Source of the DNA: Opitutia bacterium
Lineage (GTDB): Bacteria > Verrucomicrobiota > Verrucomicrobiia > Opitutales > T3Sed10-336
Length of the DNA: 64,000 nt
Assembly: GCA_050506795.1 (NCBI GenBank)
Contig: JBJHCF010000002.1
Location: forward strand, 32,001 to 96,000
Reading direction: 5' to 3'
Shown: positions 18,834 to 30,283 of the stretch, piece after piece
How positions within the stretch are numbered: position 1 is the stretch's first letter
Layout of the letters: each line of letters opens with the position of its first letter
Made by a program: the position numbers and the translations under genes
The notes under the pieces: generated by a model
The model's input: only the letters and a program-made list of their open reading frames with translations
What the model was told of the DNA's origin: nothing
Database searches by the model: none

Positions 18834-19916
18834 TTATATTTTTGTGGAACGTATTAATAAAACAAAGGATTTTCATGATATGACGGAGGGTGTTTCCGTC
18901 AAAAGGCAAAAGCTCTTTAGGTTTCACAGGTGATCTCTGCTGATGGGGGTTCGTGGAAAAAATCACTGGTGTCGATGATCTGGGTTGACTTGCGGGCGTT
19001 GAATTATTCTCGGCATAAACGGCAATACCCCCAATTGTCGAGCCAGAAATGCTCACCGCGTGCAGCAATTTCCCGATGGAACGAATATCCTTAAGCATGA
19101 AACCGACGATCTCCGACGGCAGGATTTCCTCAATTCACCATGGAGAAGATTGACCACAGGGGCAGGACATTCCCCGCTCCTTGGTCCGCTTGGCTCACAG
19201 GATAGGACGCCTCCTGACGAAGCACCCGCCAGCGACTCCACGTTCTGGTTCCCCTGATGTTGCAAAAATCGCAGAAGTTCGGCTGGCAAGGCGGACCCAA
19301 AACCGGCGCAGGGATAGTACTTAAGTACGTGAGCGAGCCGGTTGCAGGGCCAACACCGCAAGGCGGGCTTGTGCGATTTAGCGTTGTGGCAAACCTAATT
19401 CAAAATGATGTTCTGGAAGCAGGAAACCTAAAGAGCTCTTGCCGCAACGCGTTTGCAATATTGGGGGTGATCTGGGCCTTTTTCGCCAGCAAAGCGGATT
19501 CCGCCAGCGATTTGGAATCCGATGGTCCCCAGCGGAGGGCGTTGGACGCCCGGCCTACCCCTAAACCGGACGTCCTTTAGTTACCCCAAAACTCCCGTTT
19601 CCGGGAGGATCGGCATTCGAATCCGTGAACATGGAGGGATCAAGAAGATTTTGCCTAAAAATGTGCTTCACCCCGCGGATATTCAAGAATGTTGGGGGTT
19701 AATTCCGTTCTCGCGAATCCTGGACCAATTCGGACAAGAACGCCAATGCAACCCCAGCGGCCCACCAGACTATCCCTGACAGCGCAATCACGACCACCCA
19801 TAAGAATCCTTCTCCGGGCATCACCTTCCCAAAAAACGTCACTATAACCACAGCCAGGCACTAGACATCGGAACATTTCGTCGTAACTATTATTTCACCC
19901 ATTCCTTTGGCACCCG

Positions 19917-22900
19917 TTATGGGCTAGGGAAAAGGACGGACTCCCCAGTGAGGCGAACGCGAATACGAAAGAATAGGCTGTCCGCTTCCTTGAACCAAGG
20001 CGGAATAATACCCTGCGGATCATCGTTCCATGTAATCGTTACCGTCTCGGTTCGACCGTCTGGGTTGGGGTCGATTGTTATCACTCGGCTGGGTACTGGC
20101 TCCCACCACTCGCCAAGAGACTCCGCAACATCTAGGGAATAGACGAGACCGTCATGGTGAACGGGCCGTGTGAATCGAATCAAAGGGCCTGCTTCTAAAG
20201 GATGATCCATTTCGCCACGCAGAGTCCCAAACGCCATCGCTTCGGGGAGGTGCCTCTGACTCGGCACGCTCCCGTCCATGGCGAACGCGGCGTAATGCAG
20301 ATTGGACAACCTGGAATCGTCACGGACGGACAGCGGGCCACTGACAGAAATGTCCATCCATTCCTGTTCGTCGATGTTCTCAACAACCCAGTCGTTATAG
20401 GGATGATCGTAAATCGGAATCACGGCCTCACTCTGGCTTCCACTCAAAAAGGATTCCTCGCCTTCCAGGGAATACACGATCGTCCGTGGACTGCTTATCG
20501 CTTCCGAAGCTACTGGCGTAAGGGTAACGAACTTCGAAGCTTCGCCGGAATTGAAATCGCTCATTTCTCCGCTTAGGGAGTAATCGCTTCCCTGTTCTGC
20601 ATCGCCCGAGACATCGACGGTAACCGAAAGAGCGTCATCAAGGAGCCCGGAACGGGCCATTACAACGCGTGTAGGCAAACCGTTCACCTTGCTGAGATAA
20701 CCCGGCCATGTCGTCGAAATCGAGACCATAGGCTTGTCCAACGGCAAGCTGGCGGTTTCGGATAGACCATAGGCGCCCATGTTGGGGCGCGTTCCATCCG
20801 GCCGCGGAGCACCAGCGGCGATAAGGGGACTATGTTCCTCATCGACGACCCAATCTCCCAAACCCGGGTCCCAGCGCCCCACGTGAGACTGGAGACGAAA
20901 GTCGCCGCTATCAGCGTCCGCAAAGAACGGGTCGAAGGCAGTGTTGCCATTCTCACCATAAGGAATCCGTTCATTTCCGCGAACATCAAGTCGATTGTTC
21001 CAGAAGTTATTAAAACGAACATCAAGTCCATTGATGACCATCAGCGCTTGCTCCTCAGGATAGCCGTGAGCCGGGATATTCGAGCTGGTCCGGTTTTGAC
21101 TGACTATATTATTGAGAAAAACGCCTCCATCAGAATGGCCGCGTCCATCATAGGCGACCAACACCGGATAGTCAGGAGATTGATTTCCATGGATAACGCA
21201 ATGCTCGATCCGGAATAGATTGCCGCGACTGATAAATACTCCACCTCCTTCTACCCCAGAAATATTGGCAACGATGAGATTGCCATTCAACACGGTCTCT
21301 CTCCAACCACTCGCCATCAAGCTCACTCCTCCGCCTCTGGGCGCCGCGTTTCGTTCAATTCTATTTCCATCAATGACAAGTCCTGCGATTGGCCCCTCCA
21401 CCTGCGAGAAAATCCCGCCCCCCTCGTCTTCGGCTGTGTTGGCGTAGATCACGTTGTTGGAGAGCAAAGCTTCACTGTCGATCAGATAAAGATGAACGCC
21501 TCCGCCTCGACCGGCGGCGAAATTACCGCTAATTTGATTTTGTTGAATCAGTAGCTTATCTTGCGAGCTTCCCTGGATCCGTCGCGCATAAATTCCCCCT
21601 CCTTCTCCGCTGGAATTGCCAAGAATTCGATTGTATTCAATAATGGGAGCCGAATTCTGGATTTCAATTCCAGAACCGCCTGTAGCGTATCGTATTGTAA
21701 ACCCGCGGACTTGCGTCCTATTGTCCTCTCCGTCTGCAATCCTTACAGCCGGACCCGAGTTCTCGCCTCCCGCTCGCCAAGCATCCAGAACTGTCGAGAT
21801 CACCGTATCCGAGTCCATTGGATCTGTGCCGGTCAAAATAACTGGCTTCCCGGAAGTATCGATCGTTTCAAAATAAACACCCGGTTCCACCAAAATTTTT
21901 GAGCTCTCCTCGGCTGAAGCCGCATCAATGGCATTTTGAATTGAATCAAACCGATCTTGCCCCCACCCAGGTGATTCCGGGTCGAAATCAAGACTGACCC
22001 TAAGAAGCGGTCCAACTTTCACCGTTGCGTCCAAACTGGAAACCATGCCCTCTTCATTCGCAATTTCTACACTATAGTTGCCGGCATCATCTGCCAACAT
22101 ACCTTCGACCACTAGGACATTTGTTTGCGCTCCGCTTTTACGCTCATCGTGATCAATAGGGTCATCGTTAAAAAACCATTGATAATCCAGATCGCCGCCC
22201 AACGGATCGATTGCCTCCACGATAAGCTCAATGCGTTCTCCTTCAAAAACCGATATTGACCGTGGCTGCCGGGTAATGAACGGAAAGTGCGTAATGACAG
22301 AAACTACAGCTCCATGGTCGCCAACCGCAATAAGTTGGTTTTCGTGATGGTACATGTTCCAAATCCATTCAGGAGGAGATGATGGAAAAGATGTGACCTG
22401 ATCCCAGTTGATACCGTCTGGAGAGACATACGCTGCAACGGGCCAACCACGACTTGACTGTCTGCCGGTGGCAATGTAGCCAACAGGAGACGAACAAATC
22501 GCCGATGGGATGAAACCTCGATCCACTTCAACGTAGCTCCATTTTTCTCCGTTCTTTGAATGAAGAACCAGAGGAAGCATATATTCGTCCACCCTCTCAT
22601 TGTACCCGAACACTAGGAATCCGTTCGTTCCGTGGATTACCCCTACCAAGTTCCCTTCGAAATGATGCGGTTCATATTCTACTGGAGGATTCGGAAGGGG
22701 CGATGTTTCCCACGAAAATGGATTCGATGCGTAGATAATACGGCCTTCTTGGCCCAGACCAAAGTGTTGTTCGAAGTGCTGACCGGATGCAACAGCGACA
22801 AACCGTCCGTTCCCGTAGGTAACGTCTCGGAAGTCCGAAACCCACCACTCGTTATGCATTTGAGGAGGCACCTCAACTCGCTGCCAATTCACGCCATTGG

Positions 22901-25900
22901 TTGAAACGGCGAGATAGTCTTCATGGCCCACCGCAACAAAATAGCCATCACCAAAGGTGATCGCGTTAATCCGCTTCCAGGTACCGGAGTCCTGCTCCGT
23001 CCATTCGATCCCGTCATCGGACGTCAACACAGTGCCCTGATGCCCTACAGCCACGAATGTGTCGTTTCCGTAGGCTACCCCGTACAGTCGCTCCTCACTA
23101 GTCGTCTCACGAACGGTCCAATGCTCCAGATCCGGGGATGATATAATGACGTTCTCCTTGGGCGCATTTGGATCGGAAAATTCGGAGGGGGGCCACCGGT
23201 ACCCACCACCTACCGCTACGTAAACCTCGCCATTGTAGGCGATGTCGCTCAACGGATCCGTGGTGGCCGCTGCTTCTCCGGACATTTTAGAAGGAACTTC
23301 TCCGCTCAGCAATGCCCCCGCATAGCCAGAGGCGATGAACCTATCTTTGAAATAGGCAATAGACCGTATCCCTTCCCAATGCCCTTCCAGCTCAAACCAC
23401 TGCCACTCCTCAGTATCATCTGAGATCAGCACCCTGGCGAAGCTATCCGAAAACGCAAACCCAGGATAAATTACCACCCAGGTACCATCGGCGAAAATCA
23501 CGTCGGATAGGAACATTCCTGCTTCCTCGTACTGGATTTCCCAACTAAATCCATCCAACGAGACAGCAACCGTACCTTCAGTACCCACGCCAACAAAAAT
23601 ACCTTCGTTTCTTGAAATCGCATAGAGCGGGACGTCCGGTGCCTCCGTCACCTCATCCCATGACTCCCCGAAGTCTGTCGAGATCATTATCTTGTTTTCC
23701 ACCATTCCACCGATCCCCTCAAGAGACACAAGGAATCGTCCATCGCCCCCATACACAACGTCCAAGACATGTTGCCGTCCGTCTACCGCTTCAAGTTCCA
23801 GCCGCTCCCAGGTGCTTCCATCTGAGGAACGAAAAACCACAATATCCTGGCGATTCTCAGAATAATTGTAATAATCGTACACTGCAACCCAAATTCCGTC
23901 GCCGTAAGCGATACCAAAACTGTGGCCCCTATCATCCTCATCAAGCACCGTCGTCCAGGTTAGGCCATCGGCACTTGAAAGAACATAGCCGGCACCTCCG
24001 ATCATCACTCGGCCGTCACCCGCTGCCGCCGCACGGATCGCCTCCTGCATACCGATATCAACGAAATCCCAGGATGCTCCATCCTCCGAACGCAAAACCG
24101 TTCCCTGAAATCCGACGGCCAGAATAAAATCGTCACCCACAGCAAAGTCAGTCAAATGGTTCCCTTGAGGTAATGGATTCTTCCACTTCCAATTTAACCA
24201 AGTTGCAACAGGTGGCACATTGACTTCGAAGCTACCAATTTTTGTATCTTCTATAAACTTACCGGCTATATTGCCTATTTGTCCTCCGCGTAACTTAATT
24301 GAGTAAATACCATTGTCTTGATTGCTCCAGGTATTACCTGGTCCCCAAACCTCGTAGATCACAGCGCGGAGCGAACTATCGACGGGGTCGTCGCTCGATA
24401 CATAATCAGCAAATGCTTCAAATCCACCCGGCCCAGTAACATAGATTGCGTCACTATTTTCAATGAATGTTGAAACGTCTAATCCAATATCATCCAGATA
24501 GTTTACAATTATCGTGTGTGGCACTGAAGATCGTTCAAAGACATCGCCGCTAATTGCATTCGCCATTGGCGCAACTAACATTTGTTGGCCTTCCACACTA
24601 ACATTTGTGCCTCCCGCCTGAAAAGCTTCAACAATTTCTTTTGTTAGCAAATCTGAACTCATATCCAGATAATTCCCTTCCAGGCTGAGCTCGTCTAAAT
24701 TTCCGATGCTCGCTAGTATCTCCAACCCAGAAAGGTCAAACACTCGGTTGTTCTTCAGTGAAAGATCTACCAATTCAATCAAAGCCCCTAAAGGAGTCAG
24801 ATCATTTATTTGATTAGAATCGAGAAGCAAAGTTTCTAAGTTCACCGCATGTTCAAGCCCATCTAACCTTTGTATTCCCTTATTCTTTGCGTTAAGACTT
24901 CTAATGGACTCCATATCCATTGCCGTAATCATATGACCGCTCCAGAACCCAAGCTCCCCAAGAACGGCTGCTCGCAGGTTTTCATCCGCAAACATTATCT
25001 CAAATAAACCCTCAAAAACTAAAACCATATCTTGTGACTCAAACCTATGCCACTCTTCATTAATCAAATCGAACACAGACAACTCTCCCGCTGGAAGCTC
25101 TACCACCCCATCAGGAGACTCGCGACTCAATGTAAACCAAACGCCTTGGTCTTCGTCTTCTAGCAAATCAAGATCAAAAATAAGTCTATCATCATTCAGT
25201 GCACCTGACCCACTTTCCTTTACAATTAAGCCAGCAGGTATCTTCTGAACAAATCTTCCCGACATTGTTGTACCAAATGGGTTTTTCAGGTTCACTTGTA
25301 TTTCGTACTCCCTACCATTCGGTAACATCCGTTTTCGTATTTGCAATGGATTCGGAATACGCACTGCATCAACAATCTCATCGTATTCAATTTCTTCACC
25401 AGAAGCACCATCGATATACACCGTATTGAATTGCGTTTTCGTTGAGTCAGCAAGCGTTAGGATATCTTTCTCAGCAATAAGCTGCAGATCAATTGGTCCT
25501 AATGGTATTTCGCCATTTCCTTGATCTACAAAATGTAATTTTTTTATGTGTGATTCTCCGGGTTCAAGTTGAATCGGATCTGCCGATATAGGCGTTTTCA
25601 TTTTATATTCTCGCCCAACAATTGAGATCCCTTTGGTCCGATACGAATGCATATACGACCCATGTACTGAAAACACTGCAGAAGTTTCGCCGGTATTGGT
25701 GACCAAGATCTCCAGAAATCCCTCTTTTTCTACGAAAACATTCTTCAGAAACCCAATGTCTATTCTCGGGGATAGCACTATCGTTGGAGATACTGTCATC
25801 TCACCTTTGGGAATTACAATCGCGCCCGGATCCTCAACCGAATCAAAAACCCGCTGAATGTTCTCCGCAATACCCAATACTGCCGACGTCGCATGTTTTA

Positions 25901-28900
25901 AGGCGCCCAGGGAAAGCATTGCCATATGATCGTCTGTATTGAGCTCACGCCTTATAGTGTCCATCGTTATTCCGAATTCCGAAAACTGTGTAACATATTT
26001 ACTGGCTCCACTCGTTTTCGCACTTAACGCAATACTCAGCAGCGAGGTTGACTGCGAGAACAGCTTTTCACCAAAGATATAAGAAAATGAATTCTCGTCG
26101 CTTTCTTTAATACCTTGAAAATCCACAGGCAATATTGCATGCATTCGGAAAACATCGTTGATTCGAAGAACACCCCCTATTATTTCATTCATTAAATCAG
26201 CCAACTGATTCTGCTCGATCGTACTAAGCGAAGCTGTACTCAATAAGAAATCATCGCGTTGTGACTCTAGCCGATTCCTTTTATGTTCTATCGTACTCCA
26301 TAAAGGAAGCACCCAGAATGTCCAAAAGTCTGATCCATTCTCGACATAGTTCTTGTAGGCTTCATCAACGTAATGTGTTACAAATCTTTTAAGCTCCCCT
26401 TTTGCCGTAGATTGCACAAAACCCGAAAACAGCTTTTTTGCTTCTTCTGTTGCTTTATGATCCAGCTGACCTGCAATCTCTTGCAACCTCTCATCAAACC
26501 AATCCACCTCCCCAAGCGCAATTCCGCCAAGAGCGAGCACTGGCTCCGTGATTTGTCGAAATCGCAATTCGTTCGCACCTCTAGAAAAATACGTGGCTGC
26601 AGCATCTAGTCGTTCGCTTAGGATTATAATTTCATCGTAAGCAGCATTACCATGTACCATAAGACGATCTAGCGCACTAATTAACGCGCGATCCACAACT
26701 TCGATTGACTTAATATACGTTGCGCTTGTCCCATTTGCTGCAAATATGGTCAGTTGTACGTCATACACACCTTGCGACTGAAACGTATGTGTCACTTCGA
26801 TTCCCTCGCTTATGGAGCCATCTCCAAAGTCCCATCTATATTCTTCAATATTTATGCGTCCACCGCTTGCAGAAGCACTCAGTTGGATAGATTCTCCACT
26901 AATAGCAAAACTCTTCACACTTGAACTGAAGAATGCCACTGGTTCATGCCGAATATTCACGGTAAAATCCGGAATCGTTTCATCCTCGCCACTATACGAA
27001 ACCCAATCACTGCTCATTCCCTGGCTATTCATGACCCGTGCCTGCCAATGGTACTCTCCTGAAGAAAGCTTCGACACTGTTGTTGATATCAGGCTACCTT
27101 CTCCGATTGGCCCGGTATGAGTTGGTGAATTTCTAAATGGCATATTGGCTGCTCTAACTTCTACCTGAAGCCTCATTGGCCCTGATTCCCCATGATCTGG
27201 TAGATCGACCTGAAATTGTATGGAATCTTCAGAGATTTCAGCACCACGTGACAAGGCGTACTGCCCATTTGAATCCCATTGGCTTAGCGTAACTGGTGGA
27301 TCCGGATGATCTAGAGAAGGCGTTTCGCCAGGATCAACTCCAATCACATCGTGACTAACGGTCAAGAAATCAACGGCAACCCATCCCTGAATTGAACTAT
27401 AATCCACCGGCAGCCATTGATAGCCGTCGAAGAAAACTGGATCGTTGCTCTGCAAAAGTACTTGTTCACCTTCGGGAAGTACCCTGATAATTTCGGCTAA
27501 CAAGTTCGGTTCCTCACGGAGGCGAAGCCCGATTCCATTGGTATTCGTGACCCATGCAGGTACTGGCTCAAACACCTCCACCTCTTCCTCCGTCGTGAAC
27601 GACCGTTGCTGGGAGAAGTTACTCTCGCGAATCAGATCGCCACCACTCTCCTCAAAAGCCTGTACCTGCCAGTAATAGGTCGTGTCTGAATCCAACGTCT
27701 CCCAAGATCCTTGTCTGTCAAATTCATTCCCTACCGTGTAACTTGTCTGGGAAGTCGCACCACTGATGATGGCGTGCGGCGCAGAATCTGCGGACGGATC
27801 ACTTGGCAGTTTGTCAGGCGCATCTGCGACGATGAGCCAGTATCCATTGGCACCACTTACTGGGTTCCACTCAAAGGTTGGTGATTGTGAAATCCCGCTG
27901 GCTCCGTTTAAGGGTGCTGATAGTAAAGGCGCTGGGAACTCTTCGAGTGGAATATGAGCAGTCACCGTATTCGAATAACTGGAGTCTCCAAAAGAATTAT
28001 AGGCGTAAACCCGGTACTGGTACGTTGTGCCAGGAACGATGTCATAGTCGATATACGCGCCAACGCCAGCGGTGGTTTCTGCAATTTCAGCCCACAAACC
28101 TGACGTGCCGATTCGTCGCTCGATCACGAAACCATTCTCGTTGTCCGAATTGTCATTCCAGGCTAGCGAGGCCAGATCGGAGGTCACGGAGGCTGCGAGT
28201 TGAGAGGGAGCAGCAGGGACGGTCCCGGCCTGCTCAGTCCCGAACAGCCGTTGCTGGGAGAAGTTACTCTCGCGAATCAGTTCGCCACCACTCTCTTCAA
28301 AAGCCTGTACCTGCCAGTAATAGGTCGTATTTGAATCCAATGTCTCCCAAAACCCTTGTCTGTCAAATTCATCGCCGACCGTGTAAGTAGTCTGGGAAGT
28401 TGAACCGCTGATGATAGCGTGCGGTGCCGAATCTGTGGTCGGATCAGTAGGCAGTTTGTTGGGCGCGTCTGCGACGATAAGCCAGTATCCATTCGCACTG
28501 TCAATCGCAGACCATTTAAAAGTAGGGGATTGCGAAATGTTCTCAGCCTGATGCGCAGGTGCGAGGAGTGTCGGAGCCGAGAGTTCCGGATATGGAATCG
28601 TGGCAGATACTGTATTGGAATAATTTGAAGAACCGAAGCTGTTATTTGCAAAGACTCGATACTCGTAGCTTATGCCATGCGTAACATCAAAGTCAAGATA
28701 AGCGCCCTCACCCGCCTGAGTAGTTGCTAGGGTGGCCCACGATCCGGTGCCACTGACTCTTCGTTGGACTTCAAACCATTCCTCATCTTCTGAGTTCGCA
28801 GTCCATGCTAATGAAACAAAATCCGAATTTGCTAGTGCCGCCAAGTTGGAGGGGGCATTCGGAGGCGATCCCACTTGGGCGATCATACTAACATCGTCGA

Positions 28901-29474
28901 TGCGGAAAACAGTCCTCAACGATGAGTCAGTAGTGGCGAGAAATTCAAGTTCCACCGTCTGTCCAGCATAGGAGGTTAGATCAAATTCTGGGGTTCGGGT
29001 ATACACTCCCGAAGTGCTATTTACATTGGACAGAGTATGTATCAGCGAACCCCCGGAATCGGTTTGGAGCCATACAGATATTACATCATAGGCAGTTGAT
29101 CCGCTCTCTTCAGTCGTTATATTGTACCAAAAGCTGAAAGTAACCTCGACAGCGTCGTTGGGAATAGTCACCGATTGAGACATTTTCCCAAAGGCATTGT
29201 CCTTCCAGACCCCACTGCTATCGACACCTCCAGCTGCGTAACCTGGCGCGCTACGATAGTTCGGAAGGTTTGTACCCGCCCAAAAGTCGTTCTGTAATGT
29301 CCATCCGGCCGAGCCATTGCTGAAACTTCCATTCTCAACCAATTCAGTCTGTGAGGTTCCAGACAACACGTTTGGCTCGAGTCCCGGAATTTTCGCTGTG
29401 ATACTTATTGAAGCAAACGCGACGAGAGAAATCAGAATACGGTAGCTCATGACAGATGTGGGGGTTACTTTCAT
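19917..29474 (-). CDS. Giant (3185 aa) secreted mosaic surface protein: jelly-roll, FN3/Ig duplication, SH3b, PKD, LRR, BNR-like repeats, Ig, beta-helix, Calx-beta-like, C-terminal F.RIRV domain
   Basis: Signal-peptide-like start (alternative ATG 29450); LRLREEP..GWV (SH3b), YRWDFGDG (PKD), internalin-like LRR, AYG.G.FVAVG repeats, GGGIY beta-helix repeats. Confidence 0.9.
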   Translation of the reverse strand: MKVTPTSVMSYRILISLVAFASISITAKIPGLEPNVLSGTSQTELVENGSFSNGSAGWTLQNDFWAGTNLPNYRSAPGYAAGGVDSSGVWKDNAFGKMSQSVTIPNDAVEVTFSFWYNITTEESGSTAYDVISVWLQTDSGGSLIHTLSNVNSTSGVYTRTPEFDLTSYAGQTVELEFLATTDSSLRTVFRIDDVSMIAQVGSPPNAPSNLAALANSDFVSLAWTANSEDEEWFEVQRRVSGTGSWATLATTQAGEGAYLDFDVTHGISYEYRVFANNSFGSSNYSNTVSATIPYPELSAPTLLAPAHQAENISQSPTFKWSAIDSANGYWLIVADAPNKLPTDPTTDSAPHAIISGSTSQTTYTVGDEFDRQGFWETLDSNTTYYWQVQAFEESGGELIRESNFSQQRLFGTEQAGTVPAAPSQLAASVTSDLASLAWNDNSDNENGFVIERRIGTSGLWAEIAETTAGVGAYIDYDIVPGTTYQYRVYAYNSFGDSSYSNTVTAHIPLEEFPAPLLSAPLNGASGISQSPTFEWNPVSGANGYWLIVADAPDKLPSDPSADSAPHAIISGATSQTSYTVGNEFDRQGSWETLDSDTTYYWQVQAFEESGGDLIRESNFSQQRSFTTEEEVEVFEPVPAWVTNTNGIGLRLREEPNLLAEIIRVLPEGEQVLLQSNDPVFFDGYQWLPVDYSSIQGWVAVDFLTVSHDVIGVDPGETPSLDHPDPPVTLSQWDSNGQYALSRGAEISEDSIQFQVDLPDHGESGPMRLQVEVRAANMPFRNSPTHTGPIGEGSLISTTVSKLSSGEYHWQARVMNSQGMSSDWVSYSGEDETIPDFTVNIRHEPVAFFSSSVKSFAISGESIQLSASASGGRINIEEYRWDFGDGSISEGIEVTHTFQSQGVYDVQLTIFAANGTSATYIKSIEVVDRALISALDRLMVHGNAAYDEIIILSERLDAAATYFSRGANELRFRQITEPVLALGGIALGEVDWFDERLQEIAGQLDHKATEEAKKLFSGFVQSTAKGELKRFVTHYVDEAYKNYVENGSDFWTFWVLPLWSTIEHKRNRLESQRDDFLLSTASLSTIEQNQLADLMNEIIGGVLRINDVFRMHAILPVDFQGIKESDENSFSYIFGEKLFSQSTSLLSIALSAKTSGASKYVTQFSEFGITMDTIRRELNTDDHMAMLSLGALKHATSAVLGIAENIQRVFDSVEDPGAIVIPKGEMTVSPTIVLSPRIDIGFLKNVFVEKEGFLEILVTNTGETSAVFSVHGSYMHSYRTKGISIVGREYKMKTPISADPIQLEPGESHIKKLHFVDQGNGEIPLGPIDLQLIAEKDILTLADSTKTQFNTVYIDGASGEEIEYDEIVDAVRIPNPLQIRKRMLPNGREYEIQVNLKNPFGTTMSGRFVQKIPAGLIVKESGSGALNDDRLIFDLDLLEDEDQGVWFTLSRESPDGVVELPAGELSVFDLINEEWHRFESQDMVLVFEGLFEIMFADENLRAAVLGELGFWSGHMITAMDMESIRSLNAKNKGIQRLDGLEHAVNLETLLLDSNQINDLTPLGALIELVDLSLKNNRVFDLSGLEILASIGNLDELSLEGNYLDMSSDLLTKEIVEAFQAGGTNVSVEGQQMLVAPMANAISGDVFERSSVPHTIIVNYLDDIGLDVSTFIENSDAIYVTGPGGFEAFADYVSSDDPVDSSLRAVIYEVWGPGNTWSNQDNGIYSIKLRGGQIGNIAGKFIEDTKIGSFEVNVPPVATWLNWKWKNPLPQGNHLTDFAVGDDFILAVGFQGTVLRSEDGASWDFVDIGMQEAIRAAAAGDGRVMIGGAGYVLSSADGLTWTTVLDEDDRGHSFGIAYGDGIWVAVYDYYNYSENRQDIVVFRSSDGSTWERLELEAVDGRQHVLDVVYGGDGRFLVSLEGIGGMVENKIMISTDFGESWDEVTEAPDVPLYAISRNEGIFVGVGTEGTVAVSLDGFSWEIQYEEAGMFLSDVIFADGTWVVIYPGFAFSDSFARVLISDDTEEWQWFELEGHWEGIRSIAYFKDRFIASGYAGALLSGEVPSKMSGEAAATTDPLSDIAYNGEVYVAVGGGYRWPPSEFSDPNAPKENVIISSPDLEHWTVRETTSEERLYGVAYGNDTFVAVGHQGTVLTSDDGIEWTEQDSGTWKRINAITFGDGYFVAVGHEDYLAVSTNGVNWQRVEVPPQMHNEWWVSDFRDVTYGNGRFVAVASGQHFEQHFGLGQEGRIIYASNPFSWETSPLPNPPVEYEPHHFEGNLVGVIHGTNGFLVFGYNERVDEYMLPLVLHSKNGEKWSYVEVDRGFIPSAICSSPVGYIATGRQSSRGWPVAAYVSPDGINWDQVTSFPSSPPEWIWNMYHHENQLIAVGDHGAVVSVITHFPFITRQPRSISVFEGERIELIVEAIDPLGGDLDYQWFFNDDPIDHDERKSGAQTNVLVVEGMLADDAGNYSVEIANEEGMVSSLDATVKVGPLLRVSLDFDPESPGWGQDRFDSIQNAIDAASAEESSKILVEPGVYFETIDTSGKPVILTGTDPMDSDTVISTVLDAWRAGGENSGPAVRIADGEDNRTQVRGFTIRYATGGSGIEIQNSAPIIEYNRILGNSSGEGGGIYARRIQGSSQDKLLIQQNQISGNFAAGRGGGVHLYLIDSEALLSNNVIYANTAEDEGGGIFSQVEGPIAGLVIDGNRIERNAAPRGGGVSLMASGWRETVLNGNLIVANISGVEGGGVFISRGNLFRIEHCVIHGNQSPDYPVLVAYDGRGHSDGGVFLNNIVSQNRTSSNIPAHGYPEEQALMVINGLDVRFNNFWNNRLDVRGNERIPYGENGNTAFDPFFADADSGDFRLQSHVGRWDPGLGDWVVDEEHSPLIAAGAPRPDGTRPNMGAYGLSETASLPLDKPMVSISTTWPGYLSKVNGLPTRVVMARSGLLDDALSVTVDVSGDAEQGSDYSLSGEMSDFNSGEASKFVTLTPVASEAISSPRTIVYSLEGEESFLSGSQSEAVIPIYDHPYNDWVVENIDEQEWMDISVSGPLSVRDDSRLSNLHYAAFAMDGSVPSQRHLPEAMAFGTLRGEMDHPLEAGPLIRFTRPVHHDGLVYSLDVAESLGEWWEPVPSRVITIDPNPDGRTETVTITWNDDPQGIIPPWFKEADSLFFRIRVRLTGESVLFPSP

Positions 29475-30283
29475 TCTGGGCAGTGTTCTTTCAGTTGATC
29501 GATGATTTGGGGTCGAGATATTCGGCTCGGGTAAAAGAAAAAAATGAAATCGGATTTCGAAAACTCAGATACCTTTCTCTCCAAGAGACTGTTCTTTGTC
29601 AAAGTAGATTGAAGAAAACAGGGCATCACATGAGTCCGCTTCCAGGGTTTCACCGATGAGCCTACTGGGCAATAGGCGCGGTTTTCCGGAGTTGAAGAGG
29701 TAGACGTCATTAGGATCAATTTAAATATCAATTCCCTGAGAGGCTGGCCGCTGCTCTTCTCCGCGACGCTCGCATTTGGATGAGTATCCGCCCCTCTCCC
29801 CAGAGTCGCCCGCAAACGAGCGCGCCAAGTGAACTACTTCTTGTTTCCGCCGGAGCCCGGCCGACCGAAGCTCCTGAACTTGTCGGCAACCCGGTTGTTC
29901 ACCCCGCTTTTCCGCATCCTACCCTGATAGCTGGTCTACATTTTCCTGGTGGCGTCGGCCAGCCGCCCAGCATGTGGACCAGTTTCTGATGGATGGATCA
30001 GCGCGCTCAGTGCGGGCCGCTCGTTCAGTGCCTGGGTCATGGCGCGGAGTTCCTGCTGGTAGATCGCCGGTGCTGCGAAACGCGGTCCGGGTGAGGACGA
30101 TTCGCCACGGCCCATCGGTTCAGACGGTACTTTTCTGCAATCAGATTCCCAGGATTTCCGTCTGGCCGCCTTCAAGGCGTTCGGGGGGTATCCTGCTTCC
30201 TGTTCTTTCGCCGGAGCTTCGTCGAATCCTAAAACGCTTGTACCTCGCGCCGCAAATTCGGGTCGGCTGAAGGTTGGCGTTAT

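Noticed and set aside
19381..19450. 12-bp imperfect inverted repeat GCGTTGTGGCAA/TTGCCGCAACGC as a cassette boundary
   Set aside because: Too short and degenerate to call
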